64,000 nucleotides of DNA from Eutreptiella sp. 'Long Island Sound 2002' (lineage: Eukaryota > Protista > Euglenida). Positions 23,950 to 35,730 of this stretch are shown here, one piece after another. The DNA is taken from assembly GCA_964036045.1 (NCBI GenBank), contig OZ038378.1, positions 55,552,001 through 55,616,000 of the forward strand. The letters are read 5' to 3'. Every line of letters begins with the position of its first letter. Position 1 is the first letter of the stretch. A model generated the notes under the pieces. It was not told where the DNA came from. It was given only the letters and a program-made list of their open reading frames with translations, and made no database searches. The position numbers and the translations under genes were made by a program.

Positions 23950-24645
23950 CGACGTGGGGGACAGGGAGAGCCGCAACAGATGATGATCGACAAGAAAGAG
24001 CGTAGGTCTTAAGATTGTTGTTGTGTTACCACATGTGGCGCATCGCTGGAAGAATAGTGTGCACCAATAGCTTCGTAATTTGTGCACTATCCCGCCACTC
24101 CACTCTGCCGGACATAAAGCGTTGTTGATGCAAGTAGAAGGTATGATTGACTTGTTTATGGTTATGCATCTATTACGGGATGTCACGCGAGACGGTCATT
24201 GGGGCAGTCATGCCAATTCTAATATGAGGATGTTGTACTCTCGCTGCTTACGTGTCTTGATCCGTTTGACACTTGGATATGATCACCACATTGAGTATTT
24301 ACGTACATTGATGGTGGCACGTCTGCTCAATCACCATCCATGGTTTCACGCTTATCTGGCTTGACGTTGAGCGAGGAGCCATGTGAAGCCATGCTGCGGC
24401 ATGTGGTAGCCAAGAGGGCCCGTTATCTCCACATGGATAGTTTTGAGCGGGTACATGAACTGTTTGTACTCGTTGTCCCCCTTGATGCTACGAAAAAGTA
24501 TTTGACGTATTGTAATATCCCAAAAGGAGTGCCACAGCTTATTGACAATAGACTGCGAAGGCTGTGTGAACGTTGCGACCTAGGGATGATCCCTGCAGTA
24601 CAGTCTATGGCGTGTAGTGTATCACTGCAACCCTTGAAGCCAAGT
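23950..24645 (+). pseudogene. Family A DDE-like transposase pseudogene, C-terminal half (copy A3)
   Basis: EYLRTLMVA matches EYVRSLSVT, LSEEPCEAMLRHV matches FAEEIGEALLSRL, and LIDNRLRRLCERC matches LFRARLRRFIAWC of the 699-aa ORF. In-frame stops are present, and the fragment is truncated by the 72-bp array. Confidence 0.75.
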
Positions 24646-26140
24646 CCACATGGGCAGCGGTGATATGTACCATGGTGTGTGAGGTGTAGGATATCGCCCC
24701 AGCCCTTGAAACCAAGTCTCTATGGCGAGCGGTGCTATGTAACGTGGTCTATGACGCGTAGGGTGCCACCGCAGCCTTGAAACTAACTTTACATGGGCAG
24801 CCGTGATACACAAGAAGGTGTGTGAGGTGTAGGGTATCACAGTAGCCCTTGAAACCAAGTTTCCATGGCCATCGGTGATATGTAGCATGGTGTGCGAGAT
24901 ATAGGATAGCACCGTAGCCCCCAAAACCAAGTCACCATGGCCAGCCGTGATATGCAACAAGGTCTATGCGGTGTACGGTGTCACCGCGGCCTGAAACCAA
25001 GTTTCCATGCCGTCGGTGATACATAACATGGTGTGTCAAGTATAGGATATCACGGCAACCCTTGAAACCAAGTCTCTATGGCAAGCGATGATATGCAACA
25101 TGGTCTATATGAGGTGTAGGATGTCACTGCAGCCCTTGAAACCAAGTCTACACGGGCAGCCTTGATATGCAGCAATGTCTATGAGGTGTACGATATCACT
25201 TGAGCCCTTGAAACCAGTCTCCATGGGCAGGGCAGCGGTGATATGTAACATGGTGTGTGAGGTGTAGGGTATCACGGCAGCCCTTCAAACCAAGTTTCTA
25301 TGGCTATCAGATATATGTAACATGGTGTGTGAGGTGTAGGATATCACCACAGCACTTGAAACCAAGGCTCCATGGCCAGCGGTGATATGTAACATGTTGT
25401 GTGAGGTCTAGGGTGTCACCTCAGCCCCCGAAACCAAGTCTCGATGGCCAATGGTGGTATGTAACATGGTCTATGAGCTGTAGGATATCACCGCAACCCG
25501 AGAAACCAAGTCTCCATGGCCAGCCGTGATATGTATTTTGGAGTGTGAGGTGTAGGAATATCATTGCAATCCTTGAAACCAAGTCTACATGGCCATCGGT
25601 GATATGCGCAGCAACTTCTATCAGGTGTAAGGTATCACCATAGCCTTTGGAACCAAGTCCGCATGGCGAGTTTTGATATGAAGCAATCGTATGTTACGTA
25701 TAGGATATCACCGCAACCATTGGACGCAAGTCTTCATGGCCATCAATGATATGTAACATTGTCTACGAGGTGTAGGATATCACGGCAACCATTGAAACCA
25801 AGTCTACATGGCCGGCGGTGATGTGTAAAATGTTCTATGACGTGTAGGGTATCACCACAGACCTGGAAACTAGCTCTCCATGGCCAACGGTGATATGTAA
25901 CATGGTCTATGAGGTGTAGGATATCACGGCAGCCCTTGGAACCAAGTTTCCATGGCCAGCGGTGACATGTAACATGTTATGTGAGGTGTACGATATCACC
26001 GCAGCCCTTGAAACCAAATCTCCAAATCTCCATCCGCAATTTCTAGCATTGTGTGTGAGGTGTAGCATATCACCGCAGCATTCGAAACCAAATGTATATG
26101 GCCATCGGTGATATGCAACAACCTCCATGAGGTGTAACAC
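24645..26140. repeat. 72-bp minisatellite, about 20 diverged copies
   Basis: Consensus CATGGCCAGCGGTGATATGTAACATGGTGTGTGAGGTGTAGGATATCACCGCAGCCCTTGAAACCAAGTCTC. The GAAACCAAG marker recurs about every 72 bp from 24709 to 26085. Confidence 0.95.
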
Positions 26141-26299
26141 CCCGAATTGGTGGGCGTGCTGAGCATATTTTGGTTGGGGCCGGTTTCGCCCCCCCCCCCC
26201 CCCCGCTCCCCCGGACATTTAGGGCCTCCCAAGATAGGGGCAGGCACCATGCGAGCGTCGCTTTTCCGGGTGGGAGTGTTCCAGGGGTCCCCATTGGGG

Positions 26300-28140
26300 C
26301 CTCCTATCCCAGGAGGTGCGGTATATGGCCGAGGTGGGCCTAGGATGCACAGACCTCCCCACTGTGTGGACTAATTGCGTGGAGCATGCCTTTGATGCGG
26401 AGAGGTACTATGGCGACGCAGTGGTACCGGTGGCGTTAGAGGAAGCCCTGGTGGAAACGTTGCAGTGGTAGAAGGCGGTGGTGCCGAAGTACCGTGTTCC
26501 ATGTGCCGGCCAAAGAGGATTACCTCTTCCTGGACTGGAGTTCTAGAGAGGCAACGGGGGCCTCCAAGACCATTCACCACATGGAGTACGATGGAGCACG
26601 TATCTGGATTCCGGGCAGCCAGGTGCTGGATGAGGCATCCGGTACTAGGCTGCACAAGACAGTGTGGGCGGCAGTATTGGAGTGGGTGTGTGCCACCCTA
26701 CACCTCGCCAGCTACAACGAGATCGCGCAAGTGTACAAGGAACAAGTGTTGTCACCAAGTGGTGGCTCGGACACGAGGAGTGATACCAACAAAGCGAGAC
26801 ATCTACAAGCTGGCGGCACCTATTGGAAGGAATCGGAGGAGGAAGCTGAGGCTGCAATTAAAACTGAACTCCATCACGCCCCTACACGTTCTTTTCATCG
26901 CATTGGGGTTGCGTCATCCTTGGTCGGCGGTGTACCGGGCGTTACACGCCGGCAACTCAGAGTGATAAATAGCATCCGGAGAGAATTGGCAGAATGGGCT
27001 GCAAAAAGGTGTTTCTAGCATGGCCGTGAAGCGACGGAGCGAGCCCTGCGGGGAGCTCTAGAGGAGATAGGGTGGGAAATGGTGGACTTGACAAGACTCC
27101 TGCGCATAGATGCGGCAACCCAAGTTCTGCAGTTGTTGTGGGGAGAGTGGGCTAGGCCGGCTGCAGGCACAAGGTAGCCGTCCACACCGACGCCGGAGCT
27201 ACATAAGACCCGGCAGCAACCCGAGGCAGTAGAGTTGGGCGAGTGGTGAGGATAAGGGACCGTTGGTGGGGAGCGACAGTCCCGCTCGAGCCGTGGGTCG
27301 AGATTACAACGGGAGAGCTTTTGGGCATGGCGCTGGGCTGGCATGTGGCGGCCCGGATGACAGAGTTGGGCGCGGTCAAGGTGGAGTTTATGTATAATGT
27401 GCAGGCCGTGCATGGCGGCGCTAGCAGACGCTTCGCTGGAGACACTCTGCCGGAGTGCCAGCGCCACCCACTGCAGAGGGCGCTCCAGTGGGTGGTAGAG
27501 GAAGTGCCGGCCTCCCACTGGTGGATGTGGGGCCACCAAGAAGTCTAGCAGTTGGTGATGAGTGGAGACGTCAAGGTCATGGGGAATGTGCTCGCGGATG
27601 CACAACCGACCACCGCAGTGGCTTGCGGAGCACAAGGGGCCCACATGGCTGACCCGCTACAAGTACCTTAGACATACGGGGTGCGCCTGAGGGGATGGCG
27701 CCAAGCGCCAATGGAGTGGCAAATTAACGAGCCGGAGATTGGTGAGAGCCCTCCACCCGTGTATGGAACAGCTCCTCCGGGAGGAACCGGAGGTGGGACC
27801 TCTTCTAGAGCCATTGCACTTGGGCATGTGGCACCCACCGCTGACGGTGTGCCCAAGGTGCCAGCACCATGAGGAGGTGACCACACACTTCCGTTGCCCA
27901 TGTCAGAGGAGGCGTTGGTAGGCAAGCCATGAACAAGGCCAAGACCCCGTGGAGGCTACACTCGATGAGGGTGCTCAGTGGCGTGCCGCGGAGCCAAACG
28001 TGCATTACGGCGGAAGGAGAGGGCACCCATGACTGGGCGGCGGTCCTGAGGGATGCAGAGAGTGAATCAGCGGCCATAGTGCGCATGGGGTTACGGCAGT
28101 GGGCAGAGATTGTGAAGTCCTGCATGGTCAATGGCTGACC
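26300..28140 (+). mobile_element. Decayed non-LTR retrotransposon 3-prime half with RNase H and CCHC/zf-RVT
   Basis: RNase H motifs in order: VHTDAG (about 27180), ITTGELLGM, FMYNVQAV, WMWGHQ, GNVLADA. These are followed by CPRCQHHEEVTTHFRCP (about 27855-27905). Confidence 0.75.
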
Positions 28141-28489
28141 ATGTCTGCAGAGACCCGGACAAGGACCCAAACACGGCGGGACTGCCAAACACGGGAGGGA
28201 CCCAGTGAGATGAGCAAGTGGAGGGGAGTCGTGCACAGAAAGCCAAAGGTTGGAGAGAAGGCCCAGGGGAGCAGAAGGCCCCACCTCATCATCCATAGCG
28301 CCACATACCTTAGGCCTTCAGTGCCACAGCAAGGCGGGGCCACAGGTAGGGTGCCTGCCAAAACCAAAACCAAAACCTCCCTCCCCATGCGTGGTTGTGG
28401 TCTGGAAGTACACTGAGCATGCAAATTCTGTCTAGGGGTGCTGTGATTTGCACACGACGGTGCAGCTCAGGGAAGCCCAGGGCAGGGCA

Positions 28490-28860
28490 GGGCAGGGCGC
28501 GCAATGGTTTGAGGAATTTTTGACATACAGGGGCACGCTGCTCCGTTGCCTCAGCCACTCCGTGTGTGGCGCTGCCCCACAGACCAATACAGAAGGCACC
28601 GTCACTTGTGCCATCGTGGCTGACAGAGCCGAGGCCCCCACGACTGCCAACAACGTGCTGGAGGCCAGGATCAAGGGCAGCAGCCAGTGCATCGCCAGTC
28701 AGCTCTGTGTTGTGGTATGCCGGGTCAGAGGACCCGCTGTGCGTTCACGGTGCTGTATGCGGGGTGACATGCTCGTTGGTTGATTACCCCTGGGCCCTGT
28801 AGGTGTGCCTGCTCGACTAGCGCCATGTTCTCAGGTTCTCGGGCAGGATTCAGGAAACCA
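28490..28860 (+). pseudogene. Possible second RNase H remnant of the archaeal/bacterial-like type
   Basis: WFEEFLTYRG...TANNVLEARIKG...MRGDMLVG loosely follows FDG..RG / TNNxAEY / GDSxLV. Very degenerate. Confidence 0.3.
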
Positions 28861-29484
28861 TGGCGGTTGACGATCAACCAACGGCGGTTGGCACTTAACC
28901 GACGGCAGTTGATGGCCAAGCCAGGGGGGCTGGCCTACGACTGACTGCATTTACTCTTCGGCTGGTGCTCTGCGGAGGTCCGAGTGTACCGGATTTCTAT
29001 TTTTTTTGGCCTTCATGACAGTCATGGCCTGGGCCCTCCCAAGCGAGAGCCCCCAGTTTGGTGAATAAGTGTGCCTGGAGGCAAGGTACAGGTGGCAGGG
29101 CGGTCGCGTGCCTGAGCTGAGGAGATGAGGAGTCTCCTGGCAATGCAACTGAGGCGTGCACTGAGGCTGAGGCAAAGGCGAATGCCAAAGATGAGGGGAC
29201 GTTTGCAGTGGTGCTTGGTCATTCCTCAGACGCCACCAAGTCTTGCCAACCGGACTGAAACTAGTTTTTGACAAGGGCTCGAAGCCCCCTCCCCCCTTTG
29301 AGGGGAATGGGGTGGCCACGGTGTGGCACTCACCACATGGAGGACTGAATTTGGGAAAGGGCAGCTCGAAGGTTGCATGTGCCTCCGTCATGGAAGTGAC
29401 CCCGCAAGTGGACATACCAGGGGCCAACAGCTGCTGCAGAAGAGGTTTCCCCACCACCGGTATGGGGTGTCTACCTGTGGTCTG

Positions 29485-30152
29485 TGGTCAAACTCAGTAA
29501 AAAAGTTTTTTACTTAGTTTTCAATCTTTTTAAAACAATATTTTGCCACTATGTTTTACCATATCCTGGGGGTTTTCACTCAATTTCAAAACTGAGTAAA
29601 TCAGCTCGAAGAGATTTTGTTCGATCAAGCGCAGGCGCGGACGCCATACACCCCCCTTTTGGGGGGTCATTCACGTCACATACTCCAAGGCATGGTATTG
29701 AATGTCCAACCCCTTGTAAAATCATTATTTTGCCTAACAAAGCAATCCCTTGTGGATTTTTGATTTTGAGGCCTCTATCCCCCTGAAACTGGATACCATT
29801 TTTTAGGAGGGTGGGGTGGGTGGGTGGGGGGTTTGGGGGGGGGTGTCCAAAAGTTTGTGGTTAGAAGGATTTGAACCGGGGTCGAGTCTAAAAAGGGCTC
29901 AGGGGTCGATCGGACGAGCCGCTAATCGGCAAACCGCCGTCCGGGCTTCGAACCGGCGCCGGCCCCTTTGCTGGTTAGATGCCCGGCCACTGAACCACGG
30001 AGTGCTCCTGTGCACACCGGGTTCCCAAATGTTTCTATTTGTAGTCCGCAACTGAAAAAAGCCAACCTGTGTGTTTCTGCCTCCATGTCTGCCTGCCTGC
30101 CCGACTCTCTGCGTGACTAACTGCTTGTGACTTGCTTGTGACTAACTGCTTG
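29485..30152. repeat. Repeat R1 copy 3, left part (interrupted by B2; continues at 36202-36290)
   Basis: Conserved block at about 29618-29810. tRNA-like segment on the minus strand at 29935-30003 (TGGTTCAGTGG...CCGGTTCGAAGCCCGG). The CTG-rich tract resumes after 36201. Confidence 0.85.
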
Positions 30153-30416
30153 CCCTTGGCACACGCTTGAACGCAAAGGTTGTTCCGGCCAAATGGTTCC
30201 AGTGTTCAAACAAAAATGGCCGGAACAAAACAAGTTCGAAGTTGATTTAACCCCAACCAAGCACACCCATACATGCCGGGAAAATATGTTGTTTGCTAGC
30301 TTAGGGGCACCCCGCTAGTACTTTCAGATTTGTCGAATTCCAGGTTGTCGTGTGAAAAATACCTGCATTGAAAAACAGTTTTTGTCGGAACACCCCCGGA
30401 ACACCGCCGGAACAAG

Positions 30417-33159
30417 TTACCCGAACACCAACAGAACATGCAAGCGACACAAAAAGCAAAGTGTGGATAAAGGGTAAATGAAACATGCATTGTAGGTTAG
30501 GGTGCCCGCAAGGGCACATGGGGTTAGTCTCTTTGTACATACCACCACCCCTTCACCCTCCACCCTGGCGACCTCCACCCCCATACCCTCATTCCGGTAA
30601 GCCCCCGGTGTACTCTCACCTGCCCCTGGCCCATCCCCTTGGTCTCCCCCATCCCCGTCCCCGTCCCCGTCCCCGTCCCCGTCCTCGGCATCCGCGTCCT
30701 CGGCATCGTTGTCACCCTCCCTCTCTTCACCCGCCTCCTTCTCCTTCCTCTTCTTCTCGAGGAACTTCTTGGCTTGCCTTTGGGTCCGCCACACCGCGGC
30801 CTTCGGCACACCAAAAAGTTCCTCGTCCCCCGGGAACCTCACCCATGTTACCCCTTTGGGGGGGGTCCACCCGCGGCAAGGACCTCCTTGCCATGCTTGA
30901 TCCCCCACACCCTTGTCGCAAAAAACGACATAAACATTTCCCCCGCCTTGTACTTACATCCCACCGCCCCCCTTGCCTTGGCCTTGGCCTTGGGTTTGGG
31001 CAGGGGGGTATCCCGTGGCATGTCCGCCATCGGGAATGCGGGGGTGGGGTGGGGTGGGGCGAGGGTGCTGTCTTTGGGCTGGGCTAGGCTGGGATGGGGG
31101 CCTTCTTGGGGGGTCAGCCGGGGGCGGTCTTCTCTTTGGGGGGCTAGGGGGTCTTCTTGCCGCGCACGGGCGAGTCCGCAAAACAAGCAGACGAATTTGA
31201 GGTAAGGGAGGAGGAGGATGAGGAGGAGGAGGAGTGTGTTGAGGACTCCGAGGAAGGCTCCAAGGAGGATTCGCCCGGAAGCCTCTTCCTCTTTGGGGGG
31301 GGGGGGGGGTTGGAAGGGGTTGGGTTTAGGGCTGGGGTTCTTTGTTTTGGGGGCTGGGGTTTGCTTCGGGCACCTCCAGTGCTGCAATTGGCTGCAGGTG
31401 CAGCTGCTGCAGCAGGGTGGTGACGTAGACGGGCCGGGGGTCGCATCCCGGCCACCGCATGATGAGGCGCAACGCCAACGGGTAGCCGGGATCCTCGAGA
31501 GAGAGGACAACAGAAAAATGTGTTCCGGCGGCGTTCCAGCGACGTTTTGGCAGCTTTCAATGTTACAGAGCGGAACACCACCGAAACAAGTTGCTGCAAG
31601 GTCGCCGGAACAGGTCCCAGGGGAGAACGCCACACAGCTTTCTGGTCCTATTGGCCCCTACGGCATGCGGGAGAGCGGGATACCCGCACTCGCGTGTCCA
31701 CGTTCTCCTTCAGACCGCCCGGGCCTGCTGCAGCTGCGCGGACGGCGTCTTCTCCCGCTCCACGAGGATGTCTCGCACAACGTTCAATCGGTTGCGCTGC
31801 ATGTCCGTCTCGCACTTCACGCAGAGGGCACTAGGGCGCAATAAGGTTTGGCTGGGGACGTGGCCATGGTACTTGTCCTCGTCCGCGACCTGGTAGATCC
31901 CCTCCTTGAGGATCTTGACGTAGTTCGCCCGGAAGATCACAATGTCCTTTTGCGGACTGGGCTTCACATCGCCCAGACGATGGTCAGCCCAGCGCTCAAA
32001 AATGAGCTGCCAGTGGCAAGTGCCCGCCACTTGCCCCGCGGCGGTAAGAAAATTCCCCTTGGCCGTGATTGGGTAACCAGTCATTGGGGAGGGGTGCTAT
32101 GCGCCCTGACTCCGGCCCTATCACCCACGTCACCAGGGTCCAGATTGGTGCATCCCCATCCTCCCGGCACCAGCGGCAGTGGCTCTGGGCCTTGGTGTGC
32201 AACTGGTTCCAAAGGAACCGTTGCAACAACCTCTGAAGGGCGCAGATGGTGGGTTGGGGGGATTTCAGGATGCAAGCTTCCGGCAGGGGGGGGGGGGGGT
32301 TGGGACCCACCATCCTCCTTGTTCAGGGGAAAGTGGCAGCTTTGGCTGCCACGCTTGAACCCACTTTCTTGCGCATCCACTCGGTGACATGCAAGAGGGT
32401 GGGCTCACCCCCCCCCCCCCATCATACTCTAACCCCCCCCCCTCTTCCTCCTCGGCAACCACAGGGTGCCCCTCGGGGTGCCCCTCCACGCCCACCCCCA
32501 GATGAACGATGTTGTCCCCCCCTTCCTCTACCTTCACCCCACCGTCCCCTGTATCCATACTCGCCCATTTCCCCTCCAACTCTTCAAGTGCCCTTTGCGC
32601 CTCCCTTGGCCGGCGCTTCCCCTGCAAAACCTTTTCGCCCGCAGCTATCCCCCCCGAAACATCGTCAAGCTCCCGACAACGACCCAGCTTGGCCTCCGAC
32701 CTGTGAATCTTCCCCCGGAGGCTTTGCAGGTTCCCCCTTGCCTCCTCGACCCCCCCCATCACCACACCCCCATCTGCCGCCCCCCTTTCACTCCCCGTCA
32801 TCCCATGCGAGGGCAGGGGCAACGGGGGGCGATCCCCCTTCACTTTTCTCTTGTTGTCCTTGTTGGCGTCGGTGTTCGTGTTGGTGTCGGGGTTGGTGTT
32901 GACGGGCTGGGGCGGTGCTAGGGCGGCCACTCGTGCCCGGTGAGCTAGGGCGGCCCTAGCGGGCCGAGCAGGGTAATTGGGGGGGTTGTTTTTGGGGTGG
33001 AGGTGGGGCTGTTGAAGCCGGCACAAAGCGGGTGGGTGGCCGTTAGGGCCTTGCTACGGCAGTAAGCTCCGGGGGTGGTGCGGCCAGAGCTTGCCGCGGC
33101 GCATCCCCTTGCGACATCCCCTCCTGTGAACCGACAAAGGAGGGTGGTGTCGGCTGGTC
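30417..33159 (-). pseudogene. B2 gene 2, homolog of B1 gene 2
   Basis: Shared blocks as listed for B1 gene 2, including the GD-rich acidic tail. Motif-filled putative introns lie at about 33160-33290 (acceptor TTTTAG at 33160) and about 31496-31680 (boundaries approximate). Confidence 0.6.
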
Positions 33160-33419
33160 CTAAAACTCTTGTTCCGGCGACATTCCAATAACTTGTTCCG
33201 TTGACGTTCTAGCGGTGTTCTAGTGGACGCTGGAACGCACATCGCCGGAACAAGTTACTGGAACGTCGCCAGATCAACAAAAATGAATAGCGCATTTTGC
33301 GCGCCCATTGTGCACAGCGCGCACCACTACCATAGAGCAGGGGCGGGGGGGCTAACAGAGGGCACTGCCCATGGGGGTTCGGCTAAACCCTCCAGGGACC
33401 ACATAGGTCGGGGCACTGC

Positions 33420-34620
33420 CGGATAAGCAAATGGTCAACTTGGCACCCCTTTGGAAAGCCAACATCGAGGTGCATTTTGTGCACCAATAATGGCTCCGGC
33501 AACGTTCCGGTAACTTGTTCCAGGGACGTTCCGGCGGTGTTGCGGCAATTTGTTTGAACGCCCATGAGAACAATTTGGTTCCAAAAATTTGCCTTTGTTT
33601 TTCGGGCAATCCAGCTGGTTGTGGACACAAAACAGGTGGTCTACGACGCCCTTAATCACTCGGTCGATGTTTGGTTGCGTGGCGACTCCCCTTGGGTGCG
33701 TCGCATCATTGGCATTTCACCGGCCCCACAAGTTGGGTCCCTATACCATGATGCCATCTGGGACTTTGATGCCCGCGTTTGGATGGGCACAGATGTGGTC
33801 CGGACAACCGAGTCCGATCATGAGCAGGGGACATCTATCTTGTTTGGGACACCGTCTCTTAAAGCGGTCCGCTGCTCCGTGGACCCGGGGTTGTCATCGC
33901 GCGCTGCCGGGTGGTCATCTGCATTTTGCATTGTTGCATGGCACTCGGGCGGCTACAAATGGCCAACATCTAACGGTTGGCCAATGAGTAGCTTGCCCCC
34001 GGTTATCAAGTAACCCGTGCGGCCATCCAGGCCACGTTGCATGAACATCGCACCGGGTGCCGTCCGGGGAAAGATGCCTCCCCGGACGGTGTGCAGACCT
34101 CTCGTCTCTTTGCTGCATGGCTAGACCTAGCCTTGTTGTTGGCTGTGGCGCCGAATGAGCCGCTCTACAAGGCGGTTGTTGATATGGCAGAAATGCTGCG
34201 GGACCTCTACCAAATTTATCAAGTGGGTGCACACCCCCAGTGCCGGGCTATAGCGGCTGCCTTCCGTGAGCATTGTGCAACCGGGTCTGTGTCCCACTAC
34301 CTCCTTTTTTTTTGGAGGAGGATGCAGACCGCCTGTTGGAGGACATATGGCATTTCAACATGGCAATGTTCTCCAAGGACATCGTTGAGAGCTTGAACAA
34401 GTTCCTAAAGCAAGCCTTTGACGGGCAAAGTGCCCGGGGCGGTGGCAAGCAAAAGGCAACCGGGCAGAGTGCCTGTGGACGCCCGGAGGCCTCTGTCGAT
34501 TCCCGATGCCAACGCCCCGGGGCAAGTGCTGCAATGTGTTTTTCTATATTTTCACATCCACCTGCACCAACACGATGCTATTCGCCATGGTCCTTGTGTT
34601 CCAAGGGCTTCCCTAGAGTC
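33420..34620 (+). pseudogene. B2 transposase C-terminal half (inverted relative to the rest of B2)
   Basis: DKQMVNLAPLWKANIE, an intron at 33470-33605 (acceptor CGG, probably a mutated CAG), then WLRGDSPW, PQVGSLYHDAIW, GTPSL, ASPDGVQT and MFSKDIVESLNKFLK. Collinear with B1. Confidence 0.8.
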
Positions 34621-35061
34621 CGTGCCCCATTCTCCACTTCCCTTCCTTAGCTCACTTTTGTCCTTTGCTCCGCAACATCGCCGCGCCGGTCAACGGCGAT
34701 ATGCTGGGAATGTTGACCGCCCTGTTGAGGGCAACACGTAACATGCAAGTGGTTGTGTGTGCATGCCTATGTGTGAATATGTGCATCGTGCATCGTGTGC
34801 AGCCTCCCACCTGTGCATCATAGCATGCCTTGGCTGCGAGTGGCCTTTGCTAGGGGCGAAGGGGTAGGGGGCAAGGGCTATGGAATTCATGTGTGCAACA
34901 TGGCATGCCATGGCCGCGAGTGGCCTTTGCTAGGGGCTAAGGGGTAGGGCCTAGGCGATGGCGCGTGGTGCGCGATCGGGGCAGTGGCCCCAGCTATGTC
35001 ATCCCCTGAGGGGTTAGCCAAACCCTCAGAGGCAGTGCCCTCCGTTATGTTGTTCCCCTGC

Positions 35062-35730
35062 ACGGATGGCGAGCCCCATGACCCACATGCATGCGGGGAC
35101 CTGTCCCCAAAGGCCCATGTTGACGATGGAGACACTCACCTGCGACCACTTCCCACCAGCGCATGGATAGCCATCCCCGCTGACAATGAATGTCAAGGGG
35201 AAAGACCAATCAATCATGCGGCACAATGGGGGCTGGCTCGCAATGTAGTGAAGCCATGCTCACCGGAGGTTCCCACTCAAGCGGGGCCAACACCTCCTGC
35301 CAGCGGTGCCGGAAAGCCCTCTCGGGGCAGATGGTGCGAGCAGAAGGCAACACGGTAGCCGCCGTGTACTTCACCCCCCGGAGGGCGCACACCTCGGAAA
35401 GGGTATACACCATGCTCATGTGGGCGCATGTAGTTTTAAGATGAGTCAGTAACACTCATCTGGGGGAAGGATTTGGAGGCGTACTTAGTGACTGCCTCCT
35501 GCTGCACCTCTCTAACACAATTAGGTTGGGTCAAATGCACGGGCACAACGAATTGGCGCTGAGCATGTGGGGAGGAGATCGCCGGTTCCGCCAAAAGATC
35601 CCCGACACAATCCCCGTCTTCAAGGCTCACCGCACCCGCCAAATGGACAAGGTGGGTTGTCACTTCGTAAACCCGGGTCTTTTTCGCACGCATGGTAATC
35701 CAAGAGAAATGAGCATGGGTGTCCAAAATT
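35062..35730 (-). pseudogene. B2 transposase N-terminal half
   Basis: LAGAVSLED..VGDLLA, AQRQF, ICPERAFRHRWQEVLAP and FPLTFIVSGDGYPCAGGKWSQ match B1 LSGASNLKDERVGHYLA, ARRQF, ICTERAFQARWKELVAP and FPLTFIVRGDAYPVAGGNWTQ. Confidence 0.8.

Noticed and set aside
24645-26140. CRISPR array
   Set aside because: Whole 72-bp units are homologous, there are no unique spacers, no cas genes are present, and the context is eukaryotic.
24622-26218. Ankyrin repeats (TMLHITAGHGNL resembles TPLHxAAxxG)
   Set aside because: The period is 24 codons rather than 33, and the frame is broken through most of the array.
19040-30003. Functional tRNA genes
   Set aside because: A and B boxes and some T-arms are present, but acceptor and anticodon stems could not be paired convincingly. 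They are reported as tRNA-like only.
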